Of a stretch of 64,000 bases of DNA, positions 26,626-41,203 are shown piece after piece (positions within the stretch are counted from its first letter, which is position 1; every line of letters starts with the position of its first letter). Below the pieces are notes generated by a model. The model searched no databases. It was given only the letters and a program-made list of their open reading frames with translations, and was not told the origin of the DNA. A program made the translations under genes and the position numbers. The DNA comes from Mobula hypostoma (taxonomy: Eukaryota). Location of the stretch: contig NC_086108.1 in NCBI RefSeq assembly GCF_963921235.1, positions 51,152,001 to 51,216,000 on the forward strand, given 5' to 3'.

Positions 26626-27878
26626 TTAGATGGAGACTGAGCAGAATAGCTACAAAATTCAATCTTTGAAGCCATATGTATGTAATGTATTCTCATTACA
26701 CACTTAAAGCTTGAAAGAGTGTTCTGACAAAATAGTATCACAAGTCAAAATCCTATACCAGAGATATTTTTGCATAAGGGTGCACTAAAGTTTCAACATT
26801 GTATTTAAAATGAAATAACATCCATTTGGAAACAATGACTGTGATCATGCCAAATAGAGGCTTTATTGGTGACTGGAAAAATCTCTCTGCCAAAAATGAG
26901 CTGAGGTGGAGTTGCTTATTCTTGCATTACATATTAACTGTAATAAATGGGTCATTGTTTTCCAACATGAAGCTCAGTTCTATAACAGAATGTCAAATGC
27001 ACGTGAAAATATAGCTTGAATATAATATATTGAGCTAATAGTATTTGTACTACCTACTATTTAGCTACTGATACATCAGTGTAGTGTTCAAAATAGCATC
27101 ATTAAGGTTATTATATTTTTAGCTATATTTACATGAATAAAGCTCTAATGGTAATAATAGCTGAGCCTGAAGTTTTAGGGTGCTGAAGAGCAAACCAGTT
27201 AATGTATCACACAAATCGTATAGCTGTTCTTCAGCAATTGAGTTAATAGCTATTGAAATAATGTGCAAAAATGTTAACCACCAGGGGTCACTGTTGAATC
27301 AGTTACCAAACCATAATTGGACAATACTTTTATATCTACCACCTTGTTTACCACCATCAATGAAAAATCCTGGAACTATCTTGGCTGTTGAGCTGGTTTA
27401 ACTAAACAGAGAGAAAAAAAATCAGAACTATTACAACACAAGCCACTAGCCAATCACACTTGTGCTCATCCTAATACGCAGGGTCAGTGGTGTAGTGTCA
27501 TAGAGTTGTACAACAACACAACACTGATCCACAATGTTCATGTTGACCATTAAGCACTTATCTATCTTAATGCTTCAGTGAAGATGGTGGCCAAGTCAGA
27601 TGCCCCCAATCCTGCAAGATTAATCTACCCACTTCAGTTGGGAAATCATTCCACACTAGGACCTAGCAGGAGAACACAGGCTGCCAACATCAAAGAGCAC
27701 CAGGAAGGCAATGGAAGGGGTCTGAAGGACTTGAAGCATGCTGCAGGCTTTGAGTACAGTGATTACTGGGAGTGGGCATGGGCAAGGGGTAGAGAACCCA
27801 TCCCCACATTAAGTAGGTGAGGCACAGTGGTTAATAGATAGTGTTAATCTTCAAAGTTCAAAATCTATTATCAAAGTC

Positions 27879-28310
27879 ACCCTTCTATATCGCAGACCTT
27901 CTAACCCCTTATTCTACTTCCAGGTCCCTCAGGTCGGCTGACTTGGGGGTCCGGGCTGTCCTGCGATCTAAATCTAAGTTCAGGGGTGATCGTGCCTTTG
28001 CTGTTGTAGCCCCTAGACTGTGGAACAGCAATCCCCTCCCTATCAGATCTGCCCCCTCCTTGACTCTTTTAAGTCCAGACTCAAAACTTACCTTTATTCA
28101 CTAGCATTTGAATCTTCTTAATGGGGCTGATTTTTGGCTTGTGCCTAGGCTCATGCGTTGTTTATTTTGTGCCTATAAGCTGTGTGCCTTGTTGTTTGTA
28201 TCTGTGTTTCTTGTATTTGTGATTTTAGCTACCTGTTATGGTTTGTACAGCACTTTGGTCAACATGGGTTGTTTTTAAATGTGCTTCGTAAATAAATTTG
28301 ACTTGACTTG
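27879..28310 (+). mobile_element. L2-type LINE 3' end with (GACTT)n tail
   Basis: PFYIADLLTPYSTSRSLRS...GDRAFAVVAPRLWNS.P..IR; AATAAA then TTTGACTTGACTTG. Confidence 0.8.
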
Positions 28311-28549
28311 ACCATATACTCTGAGATTCATTTTCTTGAAGGCATTCACAGTGCAAGAAATACAATAGAATCAATGAAAAACTAAACAACCAATGTGGAA
28401 AAGATCAATTTTGCAAATACAAAAAAAAGTAATAATTATAAGTAAATAAATAATGCTCAGACATGAATTGCAGTGTTCTTAAAAGAGAGTCTAGAAATTG
28501 TGGAGTCAGTTTAAAGTTAAGGTGATTGAGGTTATCCACTCCATACCAA

Positions 28550-29600
28550 CAGCAGCACTGTCTCCCGCACCATCCCCAACCTCATCAACTCTGGAGATCA
28601 CCCAATTCATAGTTCTTTCACCCTGCACTGCTCATTTCTACCTCCTAGCCTAGATGCACAAATCTGACTGTCTGGCTAAGACCACTGTCTGCCTTCCCGA
28701 CTGAACTCGTGCTCACACACTTCAACATTTTATCACCCTTGGTTTAATCCCTTCCCACCTACATTCACGATACTCCCGATGTTCTCAATCTCCTACAACT
28801 TTTAATTCCTTGGCCCTGACCAGCTCATTTTCACTATGGATGTCTAATCCCTATATATATCTAATCCCCATCAAGAAGGCCTTAAAGCTCCTGCTGCTTT
28901 CTCAGTCAAAAGAGCCAACCAGTTCCCCTCCAATACCACCCTCCTCCACATTGAAGATCTGATCCTCACCCTCAACAATTTCTCCTTCAGCTCCAACTTT
29001 CTCCAAACTCAAGGGGTAGCCCTAGGCACCCACAGCTATGCCTGTCTTTTCATTGTCTACGTGGAACAGTTCAAGTTCCAAATTTTCCCTGGTAATGCTC
29101 CCCAACTCTTCCTGTTCTACACTGATGACCGCATTGATGGTGCTTTTATGTATCCAAACAGAGCTCATCAATTTCATCATATTTGCCTTCAACTTACATG
29201 CCTTCAAATTCACTTGGCCCATTTCTGACACCTCTCTTCCCTTTCTCGATCTCTATCTTCTCCATCTTTGAAGGCAAACTGTCCACCGACATCTTTTATC
29301 AGCCTAAAGATTCCCATAATCATCCTGACTATGCCTGTTCCCACCCTGTCTTCTGTAAAAAAAAACACTATTCCCTTTTCTCAGTTCCTTCATCTCTGCT
29401 GTATGTGTTCCTTGGATGAGGCTTTCCTTTCTAAGACATCAGAGAGGTCCTCTTGCTTCAAAGAATGTGGCTTCTCTTCCTCCACCATTGACACTGCCCC
29501 TCACTCACATCTCCATTTCTCGGACATCTGCACACATCCAATCTTCCCGCCGCCTTAACAGGAACTGAGTTCCACTTGTCTTCACCTATCACCCCTTTGT
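28550..29600 (+). mobile_element. Decayed Penelope-like RT fragment
   Basis: Collinear with 3385-4030 (CTCAACAATTTCTCCTT, CAAACTCAAGGGGTAGC, FTWPISDTSLPFLDL). Confidence 0.85.
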
Positions 29601-29938
29601 TGCAAATTAAAATATGCTTGTATCAAATATTCCTCATTTCTGATACAAATCACTAACCTGAAACATTACCCGTTTCACAGCAAAGATACTGCCCGACTAG
29701 TCAAGTATTCCTAGGATTTTCTACTTCAATTCATGTACATTTTTTACAGCTGTTATGACACATTTATCTTGATATATCATCAATCATCCACTCCACCTTT
29801 TTCCTGAGTACATAATGAGAAATTAGCTGACTGGAAACAATGACTATGCCGGTACTTAGATTGAGATTCATCCCAGAAATTCATGATTCTAGTATTACTT
29901 GAATTGCCTTCCATATAACAGTGCAACTTTTTAAGTTA

Positions 29939-30145
<207 letters not shown>

Positions 30146-31117
30146 TCAAAAATGATTAATATTGTCCTCTTATTCTTGATGCAATGTTCCAAGTTTTGGT
30201 TGAAAAACAGAAAATCCTAAAATATTCAGAAGGTCAGGCAACACGTGTGGAATGAAACAGTTAACATTTCAGAACTGATCATCAAACTTAAACATTAAGT
30301 TTCTTCCTGCCAAGCAAAGAATTTCTTGCATTTATTATTTATTTCATTTCAGATTTCCAGCATCCTTAGCATTAAAATTTTTGCTGTCAGGTTTTGTCAG
30401 CACTTGAGGTTCTTCACACTGCCCAGTTAACAGTACACATCAGACTAATTTTTGCTATAATTTGCTAAACCTTCCAAGACTTCAAGGCAGCTTTTAATTA
30501 TAGAAACATAAATATTGTTTACTTGGATTATTTCACTAATACAGAAGAACAATAGTACCAGAAGATTGGACAAATTATACACCCTTAATTCTTGTTAATA
30601 ACCCGCTGCAAAGCTGTGGCATCTGAGATGGTGAAGTCAAGAATTCACTTCACAACATCAGCCTCCCACTGATCTTTCACGATAGCCCAGCTAGCAATCA
30701 AAATGTTTTTTTTAAAAGAGCTTGTATTTTCTTTTAAAAGAAAATGCAGCATACTTTTATTTTCAGGTTCCAGGATGTACCAATTTTCTGGATACACCAA
30801 GACACAACTTCAATCAAATAAAATGCAGTAGTTATTGTAGTCCTTTTACTCTATTTAATAATGTTTATTCCCATCGTTTAATGTTATGAAACATCCAACA
30901 AAATTCTCTTCAAAGAAAATATATGTAACCTTTTACCATTTCTTATTGCATACTTAAAAATTTATTTTACTCTGAAGGTACAAGTTTGAGAAAATAATTG
31001 CCATGTCATCTGATTCAATAACTCACAAGCATCTAATGTTTCACACTCAAATATCAAATGTTTTGAGGATAGAGGTGACAAAAAAAATGTATGGTTTTAA
31101 GGTAATGCGTCAAGTAT

Positions 31118-31310
31118 GCTGGCTGGTGATGTACTGGCATCCACACCGGACTTCAAGGCAAGTGGTCCCAGGTTCGAATCCAACTGGTTCCTTGCACCTT
31201 TTCCATCCATGCTGGGTTGAGCAATAAGCTAGCAACTCGGCCTCATAAAGAAAAACAGAAATGGCTTGGTTGCCGCCTGATGCGCCATAAGGCATAGAGA
31301 GGATCAACAA
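31118..31310 (+). mobile_element. tRNA-derived SINE with an RTE-like body
   Basis: B box GGTTCGAATCC; body GGGTTGAGC...GCTAGCAACTCGGCCTC.TAAA shared with 45499-45706. Confidence 0.7.
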
Positions 31311-34300
31311 TTAATCAAGTCATTATATGCAAAAAAAAAATCCTTTTTTGGTTATAATAAAAACAAAATTCAGTTGTGATTATCATGTGGAATTCATAAA
31401 ACAAGTCATAGGGTTTGGTAAAAATAAAATTAGTTTTCTACAGCATTAAACTCCACAAACAACAAATTATTAAGCATCCCACACTACAACCAATTAATTT
31501 TTGAATGTCAGTCAGGAATCTCAAGAATAGGAATCTCCACCCTGCCACCAGAATAAATGTTCTTAATGAGAAATAGCATGTGCTCAATCAATCAAGTAAT
31601 AACTTAAAGTAAGATATCATTTTATTAAACTGTCATTGTGAATGCTAGACTAGCTTCACTTGCATAGTTATGTCACATCACATCTTAGATTGTTAAAACT
31701 GAAATTTGAATAATGATAAGTGGGAACCCTGATTGACACAGCACTTGTTGGTCAAACTGAATGGAAGTTTAACTTCTAAAAAAATTAACTAAATTTAATT
31801 TTTATTATTTAGAATCTACACTCTTGACTACAGTGATAATATCTGTACTTCCTTATGTGATTCTTCATTAAATTAAACTACTTCTCTAACAAAAGTTACT
31901 ACTTAAGTTTTTTTAAACTGTTTTACTGAGACATATGCTGGTATAAATTTTCAGTAAAGCAGTTAAAATGGCACAAGTACAACAAAGTATTGTTGTGCCA
32001 CTAAGTGTTTTATACACCTCTCCATTAAGTTAACCTCTACTATCTATCCAGTCACGATTCCAACAAAATGAAACCATGATTTGATCATCCTATGTTGACA
32101 CATACCAAGGGTGCAGAATCCCTTGTAATTTAAAGGCTTTGACCGGCAGCCAGAAACTATATATAGTCAGATACATTTAACAGTGGCCATAAAAATTTAC
32201 ACCAAATGTAATTTTTAAATTTGCTGTATTAGTGTACACTAAGTAGATATTTACTCATCACCAAAAAGGAAGCAAGTAGCAGTTGAATGACTGAATTTGC
32301 AATAGCTGTGGATATACTGCATCTTACACTTAATCCAGCTTTACACTCTACAGTATGAAGCGTTATTATCTAAAAAGCTCAAAATAGCCAAATACACTTT
32401 CAGCTCTGAGGAAACAATTCCAAGTTAAATCATCTAGATCTAATGTGAATATCAATTTTCAATGGTATATCTTGTGCATAGAGCTCTGAATCCATGGATA
32501 ACTTTGGAAGAGTAAGTAAATTTCTCCTTCTAGGACCAGCTCAATTCTTTTCAGTAGAGGGGCAAATATGCCTATTTCTTTAAGAGAATGGAAATTCTGT
32601 TTAACTATATGAACTACCTACATTATGGTAGTTGAATTAGCATTACAGAACTGTAAATGTCTAAAAACCAATAATATACCAAAATTAAATTACTTCTTTG
32701 AAATAAAATTGTTCTATTTGATTTTGCCAATAATCTGTTTAAATGGAGGGATATCCATATTAAGAAAAATGATTACTGTATTAATAATTTTACTAAAGAG
32801 CAACTTTTCTGCAATGAAGCAACTATTAGATCCAAGCATAATTGTTTTTTTTTCTCAAATATACAGACAGATTTTCTTTTTTGCTGCTCTAAGAGAAAAC
32901 TGAGAAGGCAAGGAGACACTGCAGGCTAGAAAGGAGTTTTAAATAAAAGAGAACTTATTTTCTACCAACCAGCTACAATTTTAATACATACAATACCATA
33001 GCAGTCAGCTCTCTTCATTGAACACTTTATATATGATCTAATTAAAAGAGCTTTGGTGAGTTGCCCACTCTCAGCAAATTCATACCATGTGTACACAGGT
33101 GAGATGAAAAAGAAATTGAGAACTTGTGAGGACACCGCATATATGGGGGTCCATGTACAACTCATCTGGCTGTTAACGTGAAACATCTGCATGTCCAAAT
33201 CGCTTTTTCTGTAACTCATTTTCATCACCAAACAGTGCTTAATGCCTTTATAGGTTTTTCTTGATGCACAAGCATTAGGATAATGACAAAATGCGCTTAA
33301 GAAAAGATGGATTTAATTACAATAAGGTTAAGATTTAGCACATCATTATAAAACGTTTAAAGTCTTCAGACAGTCGCATGCAATCCCATACCAACTTTAA
33401 AATTTTAGTACCTCCAGGAAAACAAGTTGGATAACAATCAATTATATGTAATATGCTTGTAATGATAAACCTTACAAATATTTAATAGGAAAAGTACATT
33501 TAAGGCCCTTTGGTTAACATGCAATATATAAGATAGAATTGAAATTTACTATATTGGTAAAAAAAAATGAAAATGGATACAAAACTGAATGAAAATCTCT
33601 CATTCTGCAATTTGTCTGATACAGGTTCCATTTGGCAGCTGCATTTGGGGTATGACTAATTATATTGCCAGGTGATTAATTAACTTCCAGTAAAAAAAAA
33701 TGCAAATGGCCCATTTTCTTTTATTAAAAATTGTACAAAGTCAACTAAGTTTCCTTGATGGTTAAAAATCAAATGTAACAATACTACAACAACAACAAAG
33801 GAGATTACAAGTCATGTTTTCAGACAGACAACTGTCTTAATAATTTTCTCAACAATTATTCATTTACGTAAGAATGGCACCATTATTCAACACTAAACAA
33901 AACTGCATTCGGAAAGGTAGCAAGATTTGAAACAACTGTTCATGTTGCAGCTTTGATGAATGCCTCTGTTACTCACATCGGAATACTTCCAGGTGTGACT
34001 TTTCAAAGACTTCCAAAGCTGATTAACCAGTATGAGAAGCCTGGAAAATTTAGGAGTTACATTAACATGATATTTTCCTCCAAACCCCTACCAAAAAGTC
34101 TCATACATACTTATTTAAAATTCAAACAAAAATATAATACATATTAAGTATTTTAGATGGAGGAAAATCTTGTTGATATAACTCAATCCTTTCACTAAAA
34201 ATTTATGTAGAGCTATAGCTCAATATACTTTGAACAACAGTCCGAGTTTCATTAGCACAATGCCATAGTGGATCATACACTGCCCAGTGCAGCACAGATG

Positions 34301-34984
34301 CGCAAGATGTACAGCCAGGAAAGTCGCCAATCTGATTGAGAGTTTTGTTAAGCAACTTCTATCTAAAATAAATGAACTGGAATTGGCTTCACCATTTCAC
34401 TGGGTAAAAACGGACAGACTGGCCATAATCACCATTTGAATGTCTACCAGTGCAAATTGCTACTAGGTTCCACTCAACTTACAGTCGGATGGCACAATCC
34501 CCATCCACCATTTTCCACTCACGATCACAAAATCTCACAAAATGAAGTACTAGAGGATTGCAAGCAGCCAGAGATTAATCCCAGCAATTATGGGGTCATG
34601 AAGCAAGTTACGTCAGGTGTAATAGTGGGATATTATGGTTAAGTAATTGAGCAGTTTACCTAAGTTCTAAATCACTGATCCAGAGACCCAAATTGAACTC
34701 TACCAACTAGGCAAATAAAAAGTAGCTAGTCTCAGCAAACAGTAATCGTGTAAGTACCAAAACTAAGTCCTTTAGGGGGGATAAAATTTCATCTTTTTTG
34801 TCCTATATGAGACTCTAATGTACCAGTTGATTCTGAACAAGTAATTAGCAATAGACAACTTAGAAAAATCAGCATTGCCACCTAGTCCCACATCTTTCAA
34901 AGGAGTAAATACGATTTTGGAATCATCACCTTTTACAAATTTAAATTTCATATTGTTAAATAAATTCAAAAATCAATCACAATA

Positions 34985-35800
34985 GCTCCCTGAAAGTGGC
35001 AACACCTTGGAAAGGGCAGTAAAGAAGGCATATGCAATGCAGATGTTGATCAGAAACACTATAAAAGTTGGGTAGACATTTTGCAGCTGTATAAAATTTT
35101 GGTGACGTCACATTTGGAGTATTACAATTCTGGTCACCATATTACTAAGGCTTTGGAGAGGGTGTAGAAGAGTTTCAAAAATCAAAAACACAAGAAATTC
35201 TACAGATGCTGGAAACCTTGACCAACAACAACAGGAACTCAGCAAATCAGGCAGCATCTATGGAGAGAGGGAAAAAAAGTCAAAATTTCAGGCCTAGAGC
35301 CTTTATCAGCCCTAAACATCCACCATTTATTCACCTCCATAAATGCTGTGTGACTTGTTGAATTCCTCCAGTATTTTGTCTGTACTGCTGTAGAAGAGTT
35401 TCACCAGGATGTTGCCTGAATGAGACGGTATTAGGTATCAGGAGAGATTTTTTTGAAGCATGGGAGGGTGAAGGGTGATCTGATAAATATATAGTGTAGA
35501 CAGAGTTTTATTCATGGGTAAAAATGTTAACTACTTGCGGGCATAGGTTTAAGACAAGAGAGGGACGTGTTCAAGAAGGCAAGCTTTTTGCACAAAGTAG
35601 GTGCCTGGAATAAGCTGCTCGGGGAGAAGGTAGAAGCTAATATAAGAGCAATGGTTAAAAGGCATACAGAGAGACACATGAACAGTTAGGGAATAAAGGG
35701 ATATCAATTATGTGGAGGCAGCTGCGATTAGTTTAGTTTGGCATCATGGTCCATGCAGATATGATGGGCTGAAGGGCTTGCCCCCATGCTATATTGTTCT
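34985..35800 (+). mobile_element. Decayed CR1 3' fragment carrying a nested insertion at 35178-35388
   Basis: CR1 sequence GGCTTTGGAGAGGGTGTAGAAGAGTTTCA|CCAGGATGTTGCCTG is split by the insert. Confidence 0.8.
35178..35388. mobile_element. Older fold-back insertion of PLE tail sequence, 211 bp, with 15-bp target-site duplication
   Basis: TGTAGAAGAGTTTCA at 35163-35177 and 35389-35403. The left part is a minus-strand PLE tail and the right part a plus-strand PLE tail. Confidence 0.8.
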
Positions 35801-36833
35801 AACTCTGATAAACAGAAATTAAGATACTAATGCTGCTACCCATAAACATTTCCTTTCCTCATGCACCATCTTCAAAATCAATTAGATATCACTTATTGTA
35901 TGGCACTTCTATGATTTGATCTCAAACCTGTACCCAGGCAGCATGGGACAGCAACATACTTCACATTGCCATAAAACATGCTTAAATATGTGTATGACTT
36001 AAAAAAAACTTGATTTCTTTTTGCATTTGTCATGGTTCATCTGGTTAAGAGCAAAGCATTTACTCTTTACTTTCCATTGCTTTTAAACTTCCTCTTTATG
36101 TTACTTGTCAATGTTTCTTCATATTTTTCTGCTCTGCGTGGTCTAAAATTTAATTTGCTAAATGAATATTCACAAATCTGTTAAAGTCTCATGCTACATA
36201 GATTTTTTTTTTACTTTGTTTTAAGATTTGTAAATCCAGTGCCATCCTGTACATGAATTTTTAAAATCCTGTAAATCTTGTTTGCTAATGTAATCCAAAT
36301 GTTCAATAAATTAAAAGCCAATCAGTTCTATTTTGAGAAGGATGTAAAAGCAGAGGGACCTGAAGATTATACTCACATATATTTGAAACTGGCAGATCAA
36401 GCTACTAAGACAGTAACAAAAGAATATGGGATAAAATACTTGGCCAACTTGTTTTTTAAATCAAAAACTGGACTATTCTAAGAAAACATTTTGGTATGAG
36501 GAGTACCAGTAATTACATACAGTAATTCATTCTCAGTTACAGATGGGGCTAGTGTATGATTAGTGTAAACAGCCACTCCAGAGTCAGTGCAAACTCACTG
36601 GGCCTCAGGGCCTGATTCTGACCAACACGACTCAAATAAAATATTGCTGGAAAGGAAGACAGCTTTTGTTCATTACAAAATGCTTGAAAGAATGATTTTC
36701 ATGTTGAATCCCTTAATCAATCTGGTTTGCATATTTGCACAGTCACAAGGACATGTGAAAATTCTAACTTCAATGTAATCATATACCACTATTGTACTTT
36801 TAATTATCTGCTTGATGTACATAAATATTTTCA

Positions 36834-37043
<210 letters not shown>

Positions 37044-37491
37044 TTAAAAAAAACATTAGTTCAGAAAAACTGCACAAAAAGAATCTAAAGGCATTGTGTT
37101 ACTATAAATAATTCTGGCTTAAGTAAGTTATATAAACCAAATTATACTTGCTAACACATTTTAAAAAGAAATCATGCAAAACTAAAGCAGTAACACTAAA
37201 CATGAATAAACTCTCTCAAACAAAATTACCTATTAGATACTACTCATCTTAAAGTTAAATATATCAAAAAATATTTTCATTTGCTTAAATGAGAATTATT
37301 CAAAGCTCCCCCCAGAAACAGTCAAAAGAATTTCCTTTCTCCCCACAGTACAATCAATCACCCACTTACCACCCTCTCACCTCCCCCCAAGCCATCCCCT
37401 CCTGGATATCAACATTTGGAGTTACCTCAGTTCATGCTATACCAATTTGCTATTCTTGAGAAAATCATTGTGAAAATAAATACTTCAACTA

Positions 37492-37647
<156 letters not shown>

Positions 37648-38812
37648 TTAAGTTAAATGATAATTCTTTATGTTTAATAAACTTCAGTAATGCAAAACAT
37701 TGGACACAACTTTTTTTAAAAAGCTCTCTTTAAGAGGAAGAATGTTCAAGATAAACACTGACATTAAAGAAAAGAATCTCTTCTTACACGTTGTATGAAA
37801 AAATATTATTCAATTTCTTTGAACAGAAGCACTGCTACATTTTTTGCAGTAGGCAAATGATGGCCACTAGTTGAGAATGAACCGCAACACTGCACAAAAC
37901 CACAAGGTCACAATTTGACAGGAAGCTGCTAGTCCTAATATGTGCCCTCTTGGCAAGGCAGTTTGTTTCCATAATCACACATTTCTACTCTTCCCTCACT
38001 CATCTGCAGAAGAAACATTTATCCACATCTTTGTTAACTCCAACTTCAACTCTACTCTTTTGGACACATTTCCTCTTTGCTACCAATATAAACTTCCATT
38101 TAAAACTTAGTCAAGCATATCCTTACCCACATTTTGTCATTTATCCCCGACCTGTCTTAGTGACCCTCTACCAGTACTTCAATCTTAAAATTCTCCTTCA
38201 TACATTTAAAGCCTTCCTATAAAATACCTTCTATCTTTCCTCCAGCCAGCAAGCTTGAAAGTTCTTTTGTTTTCTCAGTCTGGCCTTTCATAATACACTA
38301 CAATGGTTAGGGAACATAGTGGAGCACATAATTTCTGAAAACTTGTGCAAGTCACCACAGTTAATTAGGAATAGAATTTTTTTTAGTGAATCTGTTATTT
38401 CCTTTAATTAAAAGCAGTGCTAAAGAGTCTATCGGGACATACTGGCAGTAATAGCACACTTCTGTGAGAAGCTCTCACAGATTCTCCTGGTAGAGCAACA
38501 GCAGCTGCCAATGGACATGATAGATATGTTGGCAAGTTCAAAAATTATGACCAATTTCAGTCACTTATCCTGATATGCAAGTGGTGGACATGTTCGCAAG
38601 GGTAACATTGACTACAGAATTATATTGATGAAAGGAGGAGGAATCCAGAGGTCCTTGAGCTCGTCCTCATTAGGGGATCGGAGGTGGAGGAGGTCAATAA
38701 TTTTAAATTCCTTGGCCTTATCATTTTAGTGGATCTTTCCTGGGACAAGTAAGTACAAATGCTATTACAAAGAAAGCATTGCAGCACCTCTACTTTCTTA
38801 GAATTTTGCATA

Positions 38813-41203
38813 AGTGCAGCTGGAAGTGGCAGCGGAGCCTCCCCCGTCACTTGGCCCGACCCGGAGCGTCTGATGACACGACCCGCCGATCGATCCCCGC
38901 GGGGTGCGTCCACCAACCTCAAAGAGCTGACAACAACACACTGCATCGATGGAAACCTGGAAAGATGCACTATTTACCGAGGAAGCGTGGGAAAAGAGCT
39001 GGGCTGCTGGTCAGATTGAAGCTGAGGGGCTTCAGGGTCCCTATGCCCACCATCCTACTAGCTAATGTGTAAGCCAAAGAGAACAAGGTGGATGATCTTA
39101 AAGGGAGACTCACCTACTGCAGGGGGATGCAGAACTGCTGTGTATTCTGTTTCACCGAGACCTGGCTCTCCCCTGCCATCCCCGACTGTGCCATCCAAAC
39201 CTGAGGGATTTTTGATCCATTGGATGGACCGCACGGCATCTTCGGGCAAGACAAGGGGAGGTGGTGCCGACTGATTAACACTGCGTGGTGCTCGGACACA
39301 GTGGCACCGACAAGCTCCTGCAGCCCGGACCTGGAACAGCTGTCGGTGAAGTGTCGTCCCTACTATCTGCCACGGGAATTCATCTCGGTCATACTGACAG
39401 CGGTCTACATCCCCTCCCAGGCGGACGTGGAGTGTGCTCTGAACATACCGTATGCCAACATCAGTGAACTTGAGACCAGGTATCCGGAGGCTTTGCTCAT
39501 TACAGCCAGGGACTTTAACCAGGCCAACCTCAGAAAGGTGCTGCCAAAGTTATACCAACATGTCTCCTGCCCCACTTGAGGCCCGAATATACTTAACCAC
39601 TACCACACAGCAGTCAAGGATGCCTACCGTTCCGTCCCACGACCTCACTTCGGAAAATCGGACCATCAGGCCGCACTTCTCCTCCCGGCTTACAAACAGA
39701 AAGTGAAGTGGGAGGTCACGGTGTCAAAAGTAGAGTCGCGTTGGACGGGGGAAACGGATGAGGTCCTCCGAGACTGCTTTGAATCGGTGGACTGGTTAGT
39801 ATTCAAGGACTCAGCAGCTAACCTCGATGAGTATGCCTCAGCTGTCACGGACTTTATTTGGAAATGCACGGAGGACTGTGTGTCTCGCAAGACAATCCAG
39901 GTATTCCCTAACCGGAAACCTTGGACGAATTATGAGGTCAAGTCCCTTTTAAAGGCTAGAGCTGCGGCTTTTAGGTCCGGGGATACCAGTCACTACACGG
40001 AATCCAGGCGTGAACTCCGGAAAGCCATTAAGGGCACCAAGAGGCAATATCGAGCCAAGTTGGAAGCCCAGGCTAACCAGAGGGATACCAATAGGCTATG
40101 GCAGGGTCTAAATGAGATCACTGGGCACAAAGAAAAGACTGGGAATATCAATAACTGTGGCGCTTCTCTTCCTGACGAACCAAACTTATTCTATGCAAGA
40201 TTCGAACAGAAGAGGAGCATCCCGCTCCCTCCGGATGAACCAGACCTGGTGGCATCAAGATTCATTGTCACCGAGGAGGACGTTAGAAGGGCCTTCCTGA
40301 AGATAAATCAAGGAACGCGACGGGCCCAGATGGCGTCCCAGGATGGGTTCTCCGGGCCTGTGCAAGTGAGCTAGCTGGAGTGTTCGCTGACATCTACAAA
40401 ATTTTCCCATATAAATAAATGGTAATTGCTTCTTCGCTTTACGACATTTCAGCTTACGAACCGTTTCATAGGAACGCTCTACCTTCGGATGGCGGGGGAA
40501 ACCTGTATCACAAATGACCTGACTTGGCCCAACCAAGCAGAGTTCACTGCCAAGAAGGCCCACCAGCGCCTTTAGTTCCTGAGAAAACTAAAGAAATTTG
40601 GCCTGTCCCCTAAAACCCTCACTAATTTTTATAGATGCACTGTAGAAAGCATTCTTTTAGGGTGCATCACAACCTGGTATGGAAGTTGTCCTGTCCAAGA
40701 CCGAAAGAAGCTGCAGAAGATCGTGAACACAGCGCAGCACATCACACAAACCAATCTTCCATCCGTGGACTCACTTTACACCGCACGCTGTCGGAGCAGT
40801 GCCACCAAGAAAATCAAGGACACGACCCACCCAGCCAACACACTTTTCATCCCTCTTCCCTCCGGGAGAAGGCTGAGGAGCTTGAAGACTCTCACGGCCA
40901 GATTTGGGAACAGCTTCTTTCCAACTGTGATAAGACTGCTGAACGGATCCTGACCCGGATCCGGGCCGTACCCTCCAAATATCTGGACCTACCTCTCGAT
41001 TTTTTTTGCACTACCTTACTTTCCATTATTCTATTTTCTATTTATGATTTATATTTAAATTTTTAATATTTACTGATTTTTACTATTTTTAATATTTAAT
41101 ATTTGTAATCCAGGGAGCGGAAAGTGCAGAATCAAATACCGCTGTGACGATTGTATGTTCTAGTATCAATTGTTTGGCGATAATAAAGTACAAAGTATAA
41201 AGT
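38813..41203 (+). mobile_element. Younger GC-rich Rex1/Babar LINE (endonuclease, linker, C-terminus, AAAGTA-type tail) nested in an older Rex1 fragment (~38620-38812 and 41204-41810); RT core deleted
   Basis: VKCRPYYLPREF..VILTAVYIP, DFNQANL, FPNRKPW, RFGNSFFPTVIRLLN; the older host element reads through across the insertion. Confidence 0.85.
40396..40505. mobile_element. Solo terminal fragment of the Tigger/pogo element found at 62758
   Basis: Near-exact reverse complement of 62758-~62867; ends ...GGGGGAAACCTG|TA. Confidence 0.9.

Noticed and set aside
33097..33232. Imperfect hairpin GGTGAGATGAAAA...TTTTCATCACC as a miRNA or snoRNA candidate
   Set aside because: Arms are short and gapped, with no recognisable miRNA stem or C/D or H/ACA boxes.
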